Shown here piece after piece: positions 52,181 to 64,000 of a stretch of DNA of 64,000 bases (position 1 is the first letter of the stretch; each line of letters starts with the position of its first letter). The notes below the pieces were generated by a model. The model did no database searches. It had not been told where the DNA came from and saw only the letters and a list, made by a program, of their open reading frames with translations. The position numbers were made by a program, and so were the translations under genes. Source of the DNA: Haliotis cracherodii (taxonomy: Eukaryota); assembly GCF_022045235.1 (NCBI RefSeq), contig NW_027266274.1, positions 3,782,001 through 3,846,000 on the forward strand, read 5' to 3'.

Positions 52181-53159
52181 TATATTCTATTGAAACACTG
52201 AAATATGAAAATATTATTGGTGTACAATAACTTTACATACTAAAATATTTTCTGAAGCACCATTTAACCTTAAATGATCCCTATGGCACACCTGGTACAG
52301 GTAACAATGAAAATACATCAACATTACAGGTTAGAATTTGTCTTCTACAACCCATGTTTGTCAGAAGGGGCGACTAACAGGATTGGTGGTCAGGCTCACT
52401 GACTTAGTTGATGCATTTCATCGTACCCCAATTGCATGGATTGATCATCATGATGTCAATCACTGGATGATGAGAATATCCATCTGTGAATGAGTAACCT
52501 ATTATCATAGAGACAAAGGAGTACTAGCACAAATAGTACAAATTACAAAATCTAGTCCTAGGCTGTAGACCACAGTGCATTGCCCCTCTATTAGAGTAAC
52601 ATCTAGTATCTGAAATGAACATATCGTACAGAAAAAACAGTTGACTCTCTTCCATTTTCAGATACTGCAGTAATCTAGACTTGCCAAACATTATAGACTT
52701 GCATGGGCTGTATTTGATATATATTTGTATCAGGGTCTGTAAGACAGACTACCCCTCTATTAATAGTAATGAGATTACACTCTAATATTTCATGATCGTC
52801 CACTTAATTGTGCATTACAAACGACATGTTACTTTGTTTCATAAGCATATGCTGGCCATAACCATTCACCACATATACTGCATATATGGTATGCTTATAT
52901 CATATAAGCCTAACTCATGTCTTCTCTTAATGATGACAGTCACCATACTCAGAGACCATATCGGTATATGGTCTCTGCCATACTATTGTGCGTCCAAGCT
53001 AAAGCATAAAAACTGTTTTAATAACGAACACTTTATCGTTCCGCATGTGTCTACTGTCTAGGGAAAGTATTTAAGAAAAACAATGGTGTAATTCCATTTG
53101 CAACACGATATATAAATGTTTATTTGTGATCAACTCCATTGGGCTTGCCTACATCACTT

Positions 53160-53442
53160 ACCGGAGTTTCACTGTTCACTTTACAGTTAGATCTACTCCA
53201 TTGCGTTAAAGTGTATATGTATCATGCAAAATTAACAATTTGTTTATGAATGGAAATATATCTACAGCGTCGATTTTCACTTTCACGAGAAATAATAACA
53301 GGAGCCATTCTCATGTACGGGTTCATATCACGAACAAAGCAGCAGGTGAACTGTCGGCCATTTCCTGCATACAACCAATGACAGTGAAGCTTCTTTAGTT
53401 ATTCCACCAATCAGCGTTGTGGACGCAAAGAAAACATCGACA
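53160..53442. promoter_or_regulatory. Probable bidirectional promoter for TADA3 and PIGV
   Basis: The genes are head-to-head. A candidate TADA3 5'UTR donor (CG|GTAAGT) lies at ~53160 on the minus strand, and two CCAAT boxes (~53376, ~53406) lie before the PIGV ATG. Confidence 0.55.
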
Positions 53443-56400
53443 ATGGTTTATCTTGTAAGGTTGGAGCAAAAAGTCGAAAGTTTTGCATTGCAAACACGAC
53501 TGATCATCTTATTTTTTCAGGTGAGTAGATTTCTTTCATCCGCATGCACTTTCCTAAAGGACATCACCCATATTTAGTTGCGATTTGTTGGATAGCAGGT
53601 GCTCACTTTGACCGGTGAATGAAGCCCCAGTACAATCCTGAACATGAACTACCTGTAGAAGTTGTCCTGCTGAGACTGACCATGCACTATGTGTAACATT
53701 TCGATATAGTTGACCATGAACTGTTGGACCTTCACAGAAACTAAATATCAAAACAGTACTTTGATATCAATAAATATGTATGTTTCTTTGAAACAATAAG
53801 TGTATTCATTCTAGAATAATGATTATTTTTGTAATCTATTTTAAGATGGTTCAAAGATGTACATCTTTGGTTGATTCAGTCACTGGACCATGTAACTAAT
53901 ATTCTATGCCAACAAACTCGCAGACAAGAAATGTATTCTATCTTTCAGGTGATCTTCAATGCTGTTATTCCTGACCATGATGCTGAAGTTTTCAACCCTC
54001 CAACATCCCCAACCCACAACCAGACAGCAGTGGACAGTATCGTGGACATCGGAGTGGGTGGACTCAGAAGATGGGATGCCGTTTACTTCATCCATGTTGC
54101 AGAGCATGGTTACATCTATGAGAATGCTATAGCATTCTTCCCCCTATACCCAGTCATGGTGGGAAAAATCGCCGATGTTTTCTACTGCTTCTCATTTGCA
54201 GGTCAGATCATGTCCAAGTTAAACCTCTGCTTAATCATTGGCGTGGCGCTGAATGTCTACTTCTTCACAAAGTCAGCATCAACGCTGTTTCACTTGGGAG
54301 TCCAGGTTCTCAAAGATGAGAGATTAGCATACAAGGCAGCTTTGTTGTTCTGCATCACCCCAGCCAGCATCTTCATGACAGCTCCCTACTCCGAATGTCT
54401 TTTTACCTACCTCTTTTTCTCCGGACTCCTGGCTTTTGCCAGTGGTGACACAATGAAGGCAGCATTTTGGTTTGGACTAAGTGCATCTACACGGTCAAAT
54501 GGCCTTGTAGCAATCGGGTTCATCTTGTTCAGGAGAGCTAAGGGGTTTATGTCCAGTATGCAACAAGCGACAAAAGCGAGATTTGAAACCATGACTGAAA
54601 AGGGGATGATGATGGCATCAATGACATATCTGTATCTGACACCAGCCATTGTTGCGGTTGTGTTATGTGCTGGCCCGTTCTGTTTGTATCAATATTACAT
54701 TTACAGAATATTCTGTTTGTCAAATGATGCAGATTTACCAAATCACCTTGTTCGCTATGGCCGCTCCCAGAACTACAAGCTTGTGAGTGATGCTCCATCC
54801 CCATGGTGTTCACAGTTACTTCCCTTGTCCTACAGCTACATCCAGAAGCACCACTGGGGTGTGGGCTTTCTCCAGTACTATGAGCTGAAGCAGGTCCCCA
54901 ACTTCTTGCTTGCCGCCCCAATGCTGGTGCTGAGTGTGTGTGCATGCGTGTACTACTACAGGCTCAACACAGACTGCTGCCACAGACTCGGCATGGTACA
55001 GGAGGGACAGACAGACAAGAAGACAGACTTACAGAAAGGAAACTTTGGCTTCAAGAACACCAGACTTTTTATCTATGTTGGTCATCTGGTGTTCATGACT
55101 GTCTTTGGAATTTTCTTTGCACACATCCAGGTGAGTTTTTTTAAGAATCTATTAATGCTCCTTGCATAGTATACATACATCTTTGCACCAAGAAATATGA
55201 TCATACCCATCAAAATACACTGTCCATGGATTATTATCTCTGTGGCGTTGTTCATACCTGTTTGTTGTATCTACAAGCTGTTGTTAGCATGAAGCAAATT
55301 AAGACATTACCACCCAAAGATTTTATTAGGATTTTTATGGAAGGGACATGTGTAAAAAATCATTTCTATTTTTCCAAAATTGGGAATTTTTGTCAGTTCT
55401 TATATTCTTATAATGGGGTATTCTGACATTACATAAATAGAGGATTTTATATGAGTGTTCATATCATACTATATTTACAACACAAGTGTCTGAATACTGG
55501 AATTTAGGCGCAAGTGTCGTAAACATAGTATGACATGAACTTGAATATAATTTTCTATTTATTACCAAAGAAGATGTCTACATACAGAGACGAATAATTA
55601 TTTTGATAGTGTTTACCTATAAGGACAGCAAGTCGCAACTGCAGTGGAACCACAATTTGTCAAATGACGTCAACAATCTCCATCTATGAGGTTGTTTCTA
55701 GCGTGACGTCATGCCGACTTCACAATAAGATCTTCGAATGATGTCAACAATGCCGTCTGGATGAATGAAATAATACACTGTTGTCTCGTGACGTGATATG
55801 ACCCTAGGGCACATATGATTTTAATGAACCTCAATATGTTTGCCCTCGTAGGTAATAAAATGCAATTACAAAAGGGGTGACTGAAAAGTGCTGAGTCTAA
55901 CTACAATTATGTATAGTACACACTAAATATTTTGCATGTATTAGTAAAATACTTTCCATGCTTACAGGCTGCATATGTCTGCAGGTATTAAAGTGACTAT
56001 GTATTCCATGTTGATGAAAATGTACAAAATTGGCTTCTGTACTGTCATCAAGTATCTCCCACTGAAAGTGCTAACTCCAAACAGCCATCCCTGCAGACAT
56101 AGTGTCCCCATTGGGAATGATGCTCCTTCCTTTGTCACTTGTGAGGTGTGCAGCAGAGTTCAAGAGGGGAAGAAAGAGCCTTGAAGATGGGGATAATGTT
56201 GAAAAATAATTGGCCGCTAACTCCATCAATGCAGTCCATCATACTCATAGTTAGGCTCAGAACCTTTCAGCCGACCCTCGTATCCAACTTAGTCACATAT
56301 GAAAATTTATATCACATATTTCGTTAAAATTTATTATAACTTTTACTGGAATATCTCCATTGCAGACTTTAGGTTGAATATTGAACTCTGACTCTGAGAG

Positions 56401-56850
56401 TGCCTGGGTAAATCCCTGACATTGCACTTTGTTGTTGGGATATAGATGTCAGCAAATATTATTAACGATCATCACCAACTTACATTTATTGATTATTATT
56501 TTTCTCAGCTATTCTGAACATTAATTTTATGTATATTTGTCTCTCAGATAATGACCCGTCTCCTTGCGTCCACCTCCCCTGTTATCTACTGGTTTGCTGC
56601 TCGACTCATCACGGAGAGGACCTACCATGACAACTTCTCCTCCAACCAGTACAACATCTTCTCCCCAGGGAGAGTCCAGCGTGTCGAGAGAGGGGCCAAC
56701 CTGCAGCAGGCTCAGAAGGGGAACCTGCTCATTGACCAGATCTCCGACTTCTGGAAGCAGAGCACCAACACCAAACTTGTGCTGTTCTACTTCATGGTTT
56801 ACTTTGTAGTTGGGACAGCAGCTTTTGCCAACTTCCTCCCCTGGACATAA
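53443..56850 (+). CDS. PIGV: GPI mannosyltransferase 2, ~520 aa; exons 53443-53520, 53949-55130, 56548-56850
   Basis: Continuous frame of 1563 nt with motifs IPDHDA, RWDAVYFIHVAEHGY, AFFPLYP, PASIF..PYSE, RSNG, YSYIQ..HWGVGFL.YY..KQVPNFLLA, TRLL.S.SPVIYW and the C-terminal NFLPWT. Confidence 0.97.
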
Positions 56851-59019
56851 TTACCCAATTACTGCCATGTTATCTCTACATCACAAACACTCATCTGTAC
56901 TGCTAGAGAGGGTGCTGTCTTGTCTTAGTTTGCACATGCTTTGGGTGGGATGGTTTGTCCTGAGGTCTTGACCTACATGTGATCTTAGCACAAGTATGCA
57001 GTTGTAGGAACTAATTATAATATCTGTACAGGAAAACCTTCCAAAATGAAATACCGGTAGTTTACACAATATTGATACTGTATCGTCATATAATAATATC
57101 ATTCAGCCATAGGACTTCTTCCCGATTGTAAGTATGAAAAGGGTCAGCTGTAGACTTAGGACAGATGAGCAATTTTTCCAGTTGTAAAATGAAAGTCAAT
57201 TACCAAAGAAGTGTTAAGCATTGATCTGAGGTTATAAGTATTATCTCACATGAGAGTATGTGTAAATGGTGTTTATCAAGCGTAAAGTTCTTAATATTTT
57301 TTATACTCTGAAATTATATGATTGAGATTGTGTGACAAAGTGTGTGTCAATCACACCGATGGCAAGACATCTTTGTGTAATTCAGACTACTCTTATTAGT
57401 ACTTCCAGACAAGTATTCCCACAATGAATCTGTTTCATCCCTAGTGCTTTGAGGTACTGATAGTGACAGTGCCAATCTGTGAGGCACAACTTGCTAGAAT
57501 TATGCACTGCATGTTCATTGCAGGTATGGGCTATTGTCCACGATGTACTAGCAACATTAGAAATTGGCACTAGTCCTATAATCCTTGCCAAACTGCCCAA
57601 CAGTTAAGGACTACTAGAAATTAGCCATTATTAAGGTTTTATTCTATATGTTATCATTATAAGGACTAGTGGACTAAAACAGATAGTTTCTATCCCTGGT
57701 ACTAGTAATACCTTGAGACAAATGAAGTCTTCTGATATTCAGTGTATTGGTACTATGACATTTTATGAGTTGAATGGTCATTGTTCGAAAGGCAGCTATT
57801 ATCATGATTGTTTCACTTTTAGATATGAATAGTACCATATTTCTCATTGTGTGTCCGTCTGCATTATTTCTTGCTGGTTTGATCAGGGAAACTTTGTTGC
57901 TGATATCAGGTAAAATGTTGGAATTTTTCACAAGTTTAGATTTTGAAAAAGTTGATATTGTTTCATGTCTAATATTGGCAAACAGATGTGTTTTATTTAA
58001 CCATTATAACACTTTTAGGTGGTTATGTCCAAACATGACCCAGGGAAAACATGAAAGTGACAAGCTGTGTGATGTACTCAAGGCAGGGCATCCCCCACAC
58101 ACTACCTCACTGTGTGTCTCATGCTGTCAAGTGGTTGTGATTGGCAGACCAGTTGCACTGTGGAGAATTTCCCAGTAGAAACAAGATTTCAGACAAATTG
58201 TCATCAAAGAAATAGAATACTGGAGTGTTTCAAACATTTTAATTTTGATATTGGCATCATTCAAACATTACCATGTTTTTTTAATTACCTGTAGCTTTTT
58301 TTATGTTTATGTGTGCTGTTGTGTATCTGCTGGCCACTCAAGTGAGTTTTTAAGATGGGCAGTTGTGTGATGAAAATGATGTTTGTCATCAGGTCTTGCA
58401 GCCATATTTAGTTATATGATCACGCTATTATTGATCAGTAGCAAAAAGGGCAAGTATACAATCCTTTTAAAATGCCATGAATAATTAGCCTACTTTGAAG
58501 GTGCCATCAATATATTTTATAGAATACAAATAAAGAGTTCCATGAACAGTTCTCCAAGATATTTGTTTTTTGTCACAAAAGCAGATTTTATAATTTGATA
58601 GCTTTTGAATAGTAGTTATATCAAGGGTATTAGTTTAATATGGGAGAAAATTCAAATGTGAGAAATTATACCTTCTGTTCTTACCCTTACTAGAGGATCA
58701 TGTCAATGATCACAAAATTCTAATTAAGAAATTATCTGTTTTCAGACATGAAATGACAAAGCTGGTATTTCTAGTTAGATCAATGATTATTATTCAATAA
58801 TAACCAATTTTCATTGCATGATTGTGTGTAATGGAAAATAATTGTGTAAAAGCGGGTTGACAGACTATGGTATTGGTGCAAAATTGATTTGGTGGTTCAC
58901 ACGTCACTATAGAGGCACCTGATCTGTTGAGATTTCACTCGTCCACACCATGGAAACATGGTAAACACCTTTATCCAGCAAGAAGGCACACAGGAGAGAG
59001 TGATCTGCGTGTAGACTTA

Positions 59020-59465
59020 ACGAGGTAGACAATTTTATGGACAACTTCTTGAATGATGTAAAAAGCGACGTTTTTTTTATTTCAATAAACGAAAAATAAC
59101 AGAAGCAATGCACATTCGCCGCAACAAGTCATCAATCAACAGAGATCAAGGCTATTTCATCCCATCCGCCTACTCTGAACTCATCAAGCAATAATCACTT
59201 ATCCTGTTTAATTGGCTTCCACCTGTGTTTTCTGTCCATCGTGTTGTGACAGTATTATCCCCTTGTTAACACCTTACCTATGTTATACCACTCATGTATG
59301 CAATTGTTGTTACTGTTAATTCGCTGTTATTCCTGTACCTACTATATATATTCTGTACTAAGTCCCTCATTCAGTCCTGCTTGACAACGGTATAAGGATT
59401 TATACCAAAAAGTCGCTTTTTACAGTATTGAAGAAGTTGTTATACATAAAACTGTGTCTACCTTG
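59020..59465. mobile_element. Inverted-repeat-bounded element, possibly a Penelope-like pLTR relic
   Basis: About 55-bp imperfect inverted repeats at 59023-59075 and 59407-59463. The hairpin GGTATAA-GGAT-TTATACC is followed by AAAAAGTCGC. Confidence 0.5.
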
Positions 59466-60909
59466 TCATCTGTCAACTTCTAAGTAATGCCCATCAAACA
59501 ATTTGTAGACTTAAATTCAGTGTGCCATGTCTGGGTTGAGCTTGGACACATGGTCACAGAAACAATCTTGTACCATAAGATCTTGGAACTCTGGATAGAG
59601 CTCTCATTTGGGAGGGGAATGTCACACCTCAAAAGTATTGTATTGTCAATTACTGAAAATGAGGTTGGTAATAATTACAAAGTATTATTTCACCACTGAA
59701 AATCAGCCACCAACACTCCAAATATTTTGAATTCATAGTTGATAATAAAATATAACATGTTTGAAACAACAAAACAAAGCTGAACATTGTAACAGATTTA
59801 TTCTGAACATGAGGTTATGTGCAATGATTTATTTTCTTCAGGAATAGCACAACCACACGTCGTAACACCACAGTGATGAAAATCTGAACTATGTTACAAT
59901 CCAATACAAGTTTTCCTGGCATTTGTCCTGAAAATTCATTTTACAATAAACATGGTCACCAATTCTCACACACCATCTTCACGGCTACCACAAGCATGGC
60001 TGACCCTGAGACCACATCACGGGCAAAGAACACAAAACATTTCACCACTGCGGCAATTTACTTGATAAGTTATCATGATGATAAATGGTTTGTACAGACT
60101 GGTGACACAAGGCAGCTAGATATCACTTGCCCAGGTGTCGGGAATACTATTTACAAAAGATTACCAAAAACGGCATGTTATGAAGTGATTGATTGGTTAG
60201 GGCATCACAAATCCTATTGGCTTATCACAGTCCCATGCAAAAAAACAAGATGTTAGAGATATCTATGCGCTTACATAGCTAAAAGGGCTACCTACAGGTG
60301 CACTGTACACCTTGACTGCAAGGGGCCTATTTATGTCATGTTTGTATGCAATGTAGTGGATGCATGTCATAGAATATGTAATGTTGCCTGGGACAGACAG
60401 AAATAATGCCCCTTCTTCATGGAAGACAATGTACAGATGTATTGACCAGTTACTTTTTCACATATGACCTTCAACGAAAGAAATAGGTTTCTATAAGAAA
60501 GCACAAAGTATTACACAAAACCTATGTAAAAGAAAAAATACCCAAAACAAAAACCATTAAAAATATTTTTTCTCTTTTCTCACATGTTGATAAGAATCCA
60601 TAAGGAGATGTCTACGAATCGACCAAATATTCCAGCACTTTCTGTAATGCACATGTGACTAAAGCACTTAAACTGACATATGACATTACTCTGCAATAAC
60701 AGTAACCCAGATCCACATTGAGACTCCTATTTGATAAGCAAGCAAAGTTGATCTCCTGGTGTAGTACATGTGATGTCACCTCGTACCCTGTGCAGAGCAA
60801 CAATATCAATGTGCTTCACTGCTGCAGGAATGTTGCATTGCATGGTGGGACTGGAGCTTGGTCACGATGATATCAAGTCACTCAGTCAAGGACTGAACAC
60901 GTCTCATGT

Positions 60910-63796
60910 CTAAGATGCTGCTGATCTTCCTCGAACTGAGCCTGATTTGGTTGTGAGTAGCCTTTCCACCATAGAGCGAGCATAACGCAAGCGCCCACTT
61001 AGTTCTTTTGAGCATCCAAACTTCTCAATTAGATTTAGTCTGAATGTGGTAGTGTCTCTCTTTTCATCAATGTATGTCACAGCTGCCATCAGAGGGCACA
61101 GAATGATCTTGGTGTGGTCAGAGAAAAAATTGATCTGCAAAAGAAAGAAGAAAAGCATTTATTCCATGAAGCTTTTCCTCAGGTCTTGATGACGTACATA
61201 AATGTACACAAGGATCCATACCATCGGGGGGCACGATGATACACAAGGACCCATACCATCAGGGAACGATGATACACAGGGACCCATACCATCGGAGCAC
61301 GATGATACACAAGGATCCATACCATCAGGGCACGATGATACACAAAGACCCATACCATCGGAGCACAATACACAAGGATCCATATATTGGGGGCACAATG
61401 ATACACAAGGACCCATACCATGGGGGCACAATGATACACAAGGACCCATACCATGGGGGCACGATGATACACAAGGACCCATACAATGGGGGCATGATGA
61501 TACACAAGGATCCATAACATAGGGGCACAATGATACACAAGGATCCATACCACAGGGGCTAAATGATACAAAAGGACCCATACCATGGGGGCACGATGAT
61601 ACACAAGGACCCATACAATGGGGGCACGATGATACACAAGGACCCATACAATGGGGGCATGATGATACACAAGGATCCATAACATAGGGGCACAATGATA
61701 CACAAGGACCCATACAATGGGGGCATGATGATACACAAGGACCCATACAATGGGGGCACGATGATACACAGACCCATACCATCGGAGCACAATACACAAG
61801 GATCCATATATTGGGGCACAATGATACACAAGGATCCATACCATCGGGGCACGATGATACACAAAGACCCAAACCATCGGAGCACAATACACAAGGATCC
61901 ATATATTGGGGGCACAATGATACACAAGGACCCATACCATGGGGGCACGATGATACACAAGGACCCATACCATAGGGGCACAATGATACACAAGGATCCA
62001 TACCATAGGGGCACAATGATACACAAGGATCCATACCATGGGGGCACGATGATACACAAAGACCCATACCATCGGAGCACAATACACAAGGATCCATATA
62101 TTGGGGGCACAATGATACACAAGGACCCATACCATGGGGGCACGATGATACACAAGGACCCATACCATAGGGGCACAATGATACACATGGATCCGTACCA
62201 TTGAGGCACAAGGATACACAAGGGTCCTTACTATCGGGGCATGGTGATCAGCCTGTTCTTGTATTGTAACCACCCAGTCCTCATTTTAGGACTTTCAGGA
62301 CATGAAACAATTATTGGTGTTATTGTGCTGGTGAATCCAAAGAAAGAGAAATTGCCATACCTGTACAGTTCCATTGCTCAGCTGCAAAACCATGGCACTC
62401 CTTGTCCTGAACCATGTTCGCAAGAACGGCAGGCGAGCAATCTGGTCCGACTCTCGGGGAGTCATGTTGGCTCCAGCCTTGAGGAGGTGTTCATTCATGT
62501 AGTTCCTGAAGTACTTCAGCAGTGTCACTTTCTTGGTGAGATTCTCGGGGAATGCCCTCAGAGTGTGGTAGTGTTCTGTGCCATCTCTCTCAATGTACTG
62601 TGTGTTCCTTCAAATGCAAATACAGATACATGTACTTCATTACCAAAATGCTCTACTTTGAATAAGGATCCGTTCTCAATCTTTGATATATATAAAATTG
62701 GTTGTCTTGCACAGACACATTGTAAATTTATGATTTTTTCTGGAAATGTACTCTATTTAATTGTGAAATATTCAGATTGATTGATGTTAGCAGAAGGTAC
62801 TCACTCTCCATTAGCCAGTAGTATAAGTCGAGTTGAGTCATTGAAGAGTACTCCTACACTGTTATCACAAAGCTGGTAGCCGAGGCCATACTTGTCTGAG
62901 TAGTCCACCCACTTGCTCACCCAGTAGATAGGGATGCATGCAGGATCAATAGCATCATCTAAGGAGGAATCAAACATTGTTTCAAATATGTTCTTACAGG
63001 AGTTTCAGCTGCATTAACAGTTCACAGTATACATGTTTTACTTGATCTACAGTTATAGCGATTAATGATAAACTACAATTGTTAAATACATTAGGCTTAA
63101 AAAAATAAAAGAATTGGTTCTCGGGCAATGGCTTTTGAAAATATATTGCGGGTGGGCGGTGTGATTTTTTTTGGCTGTTCTAACTAGTATGCAACCAAAT
63201 AAACAGTTGTGTACAATCAACCTGGGAAAGGGCCTCCCTGCATAAATGTATTCCTTGATGAGTAAAAATCCTGGAATACAGTTGACTACCACTGGACTTG
63301 TAATATTTAAGGATTTGTTTTTTGGGTTTTTTAAAAATGGAAATATAAACGAAATGTGCAGCAAACTTTAGGATGCGGGCGGTGCCTGAGAACCAAGACT
63401 TATTTTTTTTTAGCCATATGTAAATGAAGGGTTCAATAATCATGTCAATAATCGTCACGATTTACTCAAATATAAACAGAAGGTATGTTGGCTTACCGTC
63501 CTGTATACAGATCTTCTCCCCTGGTTTAGCTGCCACGACAGCTGACAACTGTCCACACAAGTCAGTCAACCAGTTGTCCTGAGACTCACTACCTGCAACA
63601 CAATATTACTCATATGTCAACATGAATAGACCAAAGCTGAGTGAGAATCACTCGTATAGCAGTATTGTAGGGACTGAGGTCCCCTTATGTTACTGACATC
63701 AAGACTAGATGTCCTTACCACATCTTGCTTGTGCCTTGTCACTCTCTTTCTTCTCCATTTCCCTCTTGGTAGGGTCTGCTGACTGAGCACGCATAT
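60910..63796 (-). CDS. PLK1: Polo-like kinase 1, 3' part (linker and both polo boxes); exons 63796-63719, 63592-63497, 62958-62805, 62607-62361, 61134-60910; the gene continues beyond the window
   Basis: [70 protein letters not shown]…[32 protein letters not shown]…RLRYAR. Confidence 0.97.
61205..62240. repeat. ~33-bp minisatellite filling most of the last PLK1 intron
   Basis: Unit GATACACAAGGACCCATACCATGGGGGCACGAT with variants. Confidence 0.96.
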
Positions 63797-64000
63797 CTGG
63801 AAACAACACAATGGGTCAGCATAACAATGGGGTTTTGTCTGTGTTGTGGAGGTGATGAGGCTAAACTTCTAATATAGAACACTGGGCTACAAAAGGATTC
63901 ACAGCAACAGGATTGTGAATACCCATCAACACTCAAGTAATGAAGACATCCATGATCAGGGCCCTACTGCACAAAGCGATTTTAACTCTAAGGTGAGTTA

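Noticed and set aside
61159-62273. Cys-rich 350/364-aa ORFs resembling metallothionein or keratin-associated proteins
   Set aside because: They come from a 33-bp minisatellite inside a PLK1 intron, open in many frames.

Overview
Eukaryotic, intron-rich, AT-rich animal genomic DNA. The repeat landscape suggests a marine invertebrate, probably a mollusc (inference). Six spliced protein-coding genes were rebuilt by hand from GT-AG boundaries and frame continuity: an atypical DUSP3-like phosphatase (-), a ~1843-aa protein with 13 matrin/JAZ-type C2H2 zinc fingers fused to a RIG-I/Dicer-family DExD/H helicase (-), LRRC72-like (+), TADA3 (-), PIGV (+) and the 3' half of PLK1 (-). The rest is a ~2.6-2.8 kb tandem triplication, many minisatellites, a decayed Tc1 transposon, a 5'-truncated CR1/L2-group LINE, SINEs and MITEs. 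The standout is the zinc-finger/RLR-type helicase. It has no CARDs, no RLR C-terminal domain and no PAZ/RNase III domain. Directly upstream lies a ~65-bp cluster of a STAT (GAS) site, a palindromic NF-kB site and a perfect CRE, so it may be an immune-inducible dsRNA sensor or effector of unusual architecture. Most long ORFs in the supplied track over repeats are artefacts.
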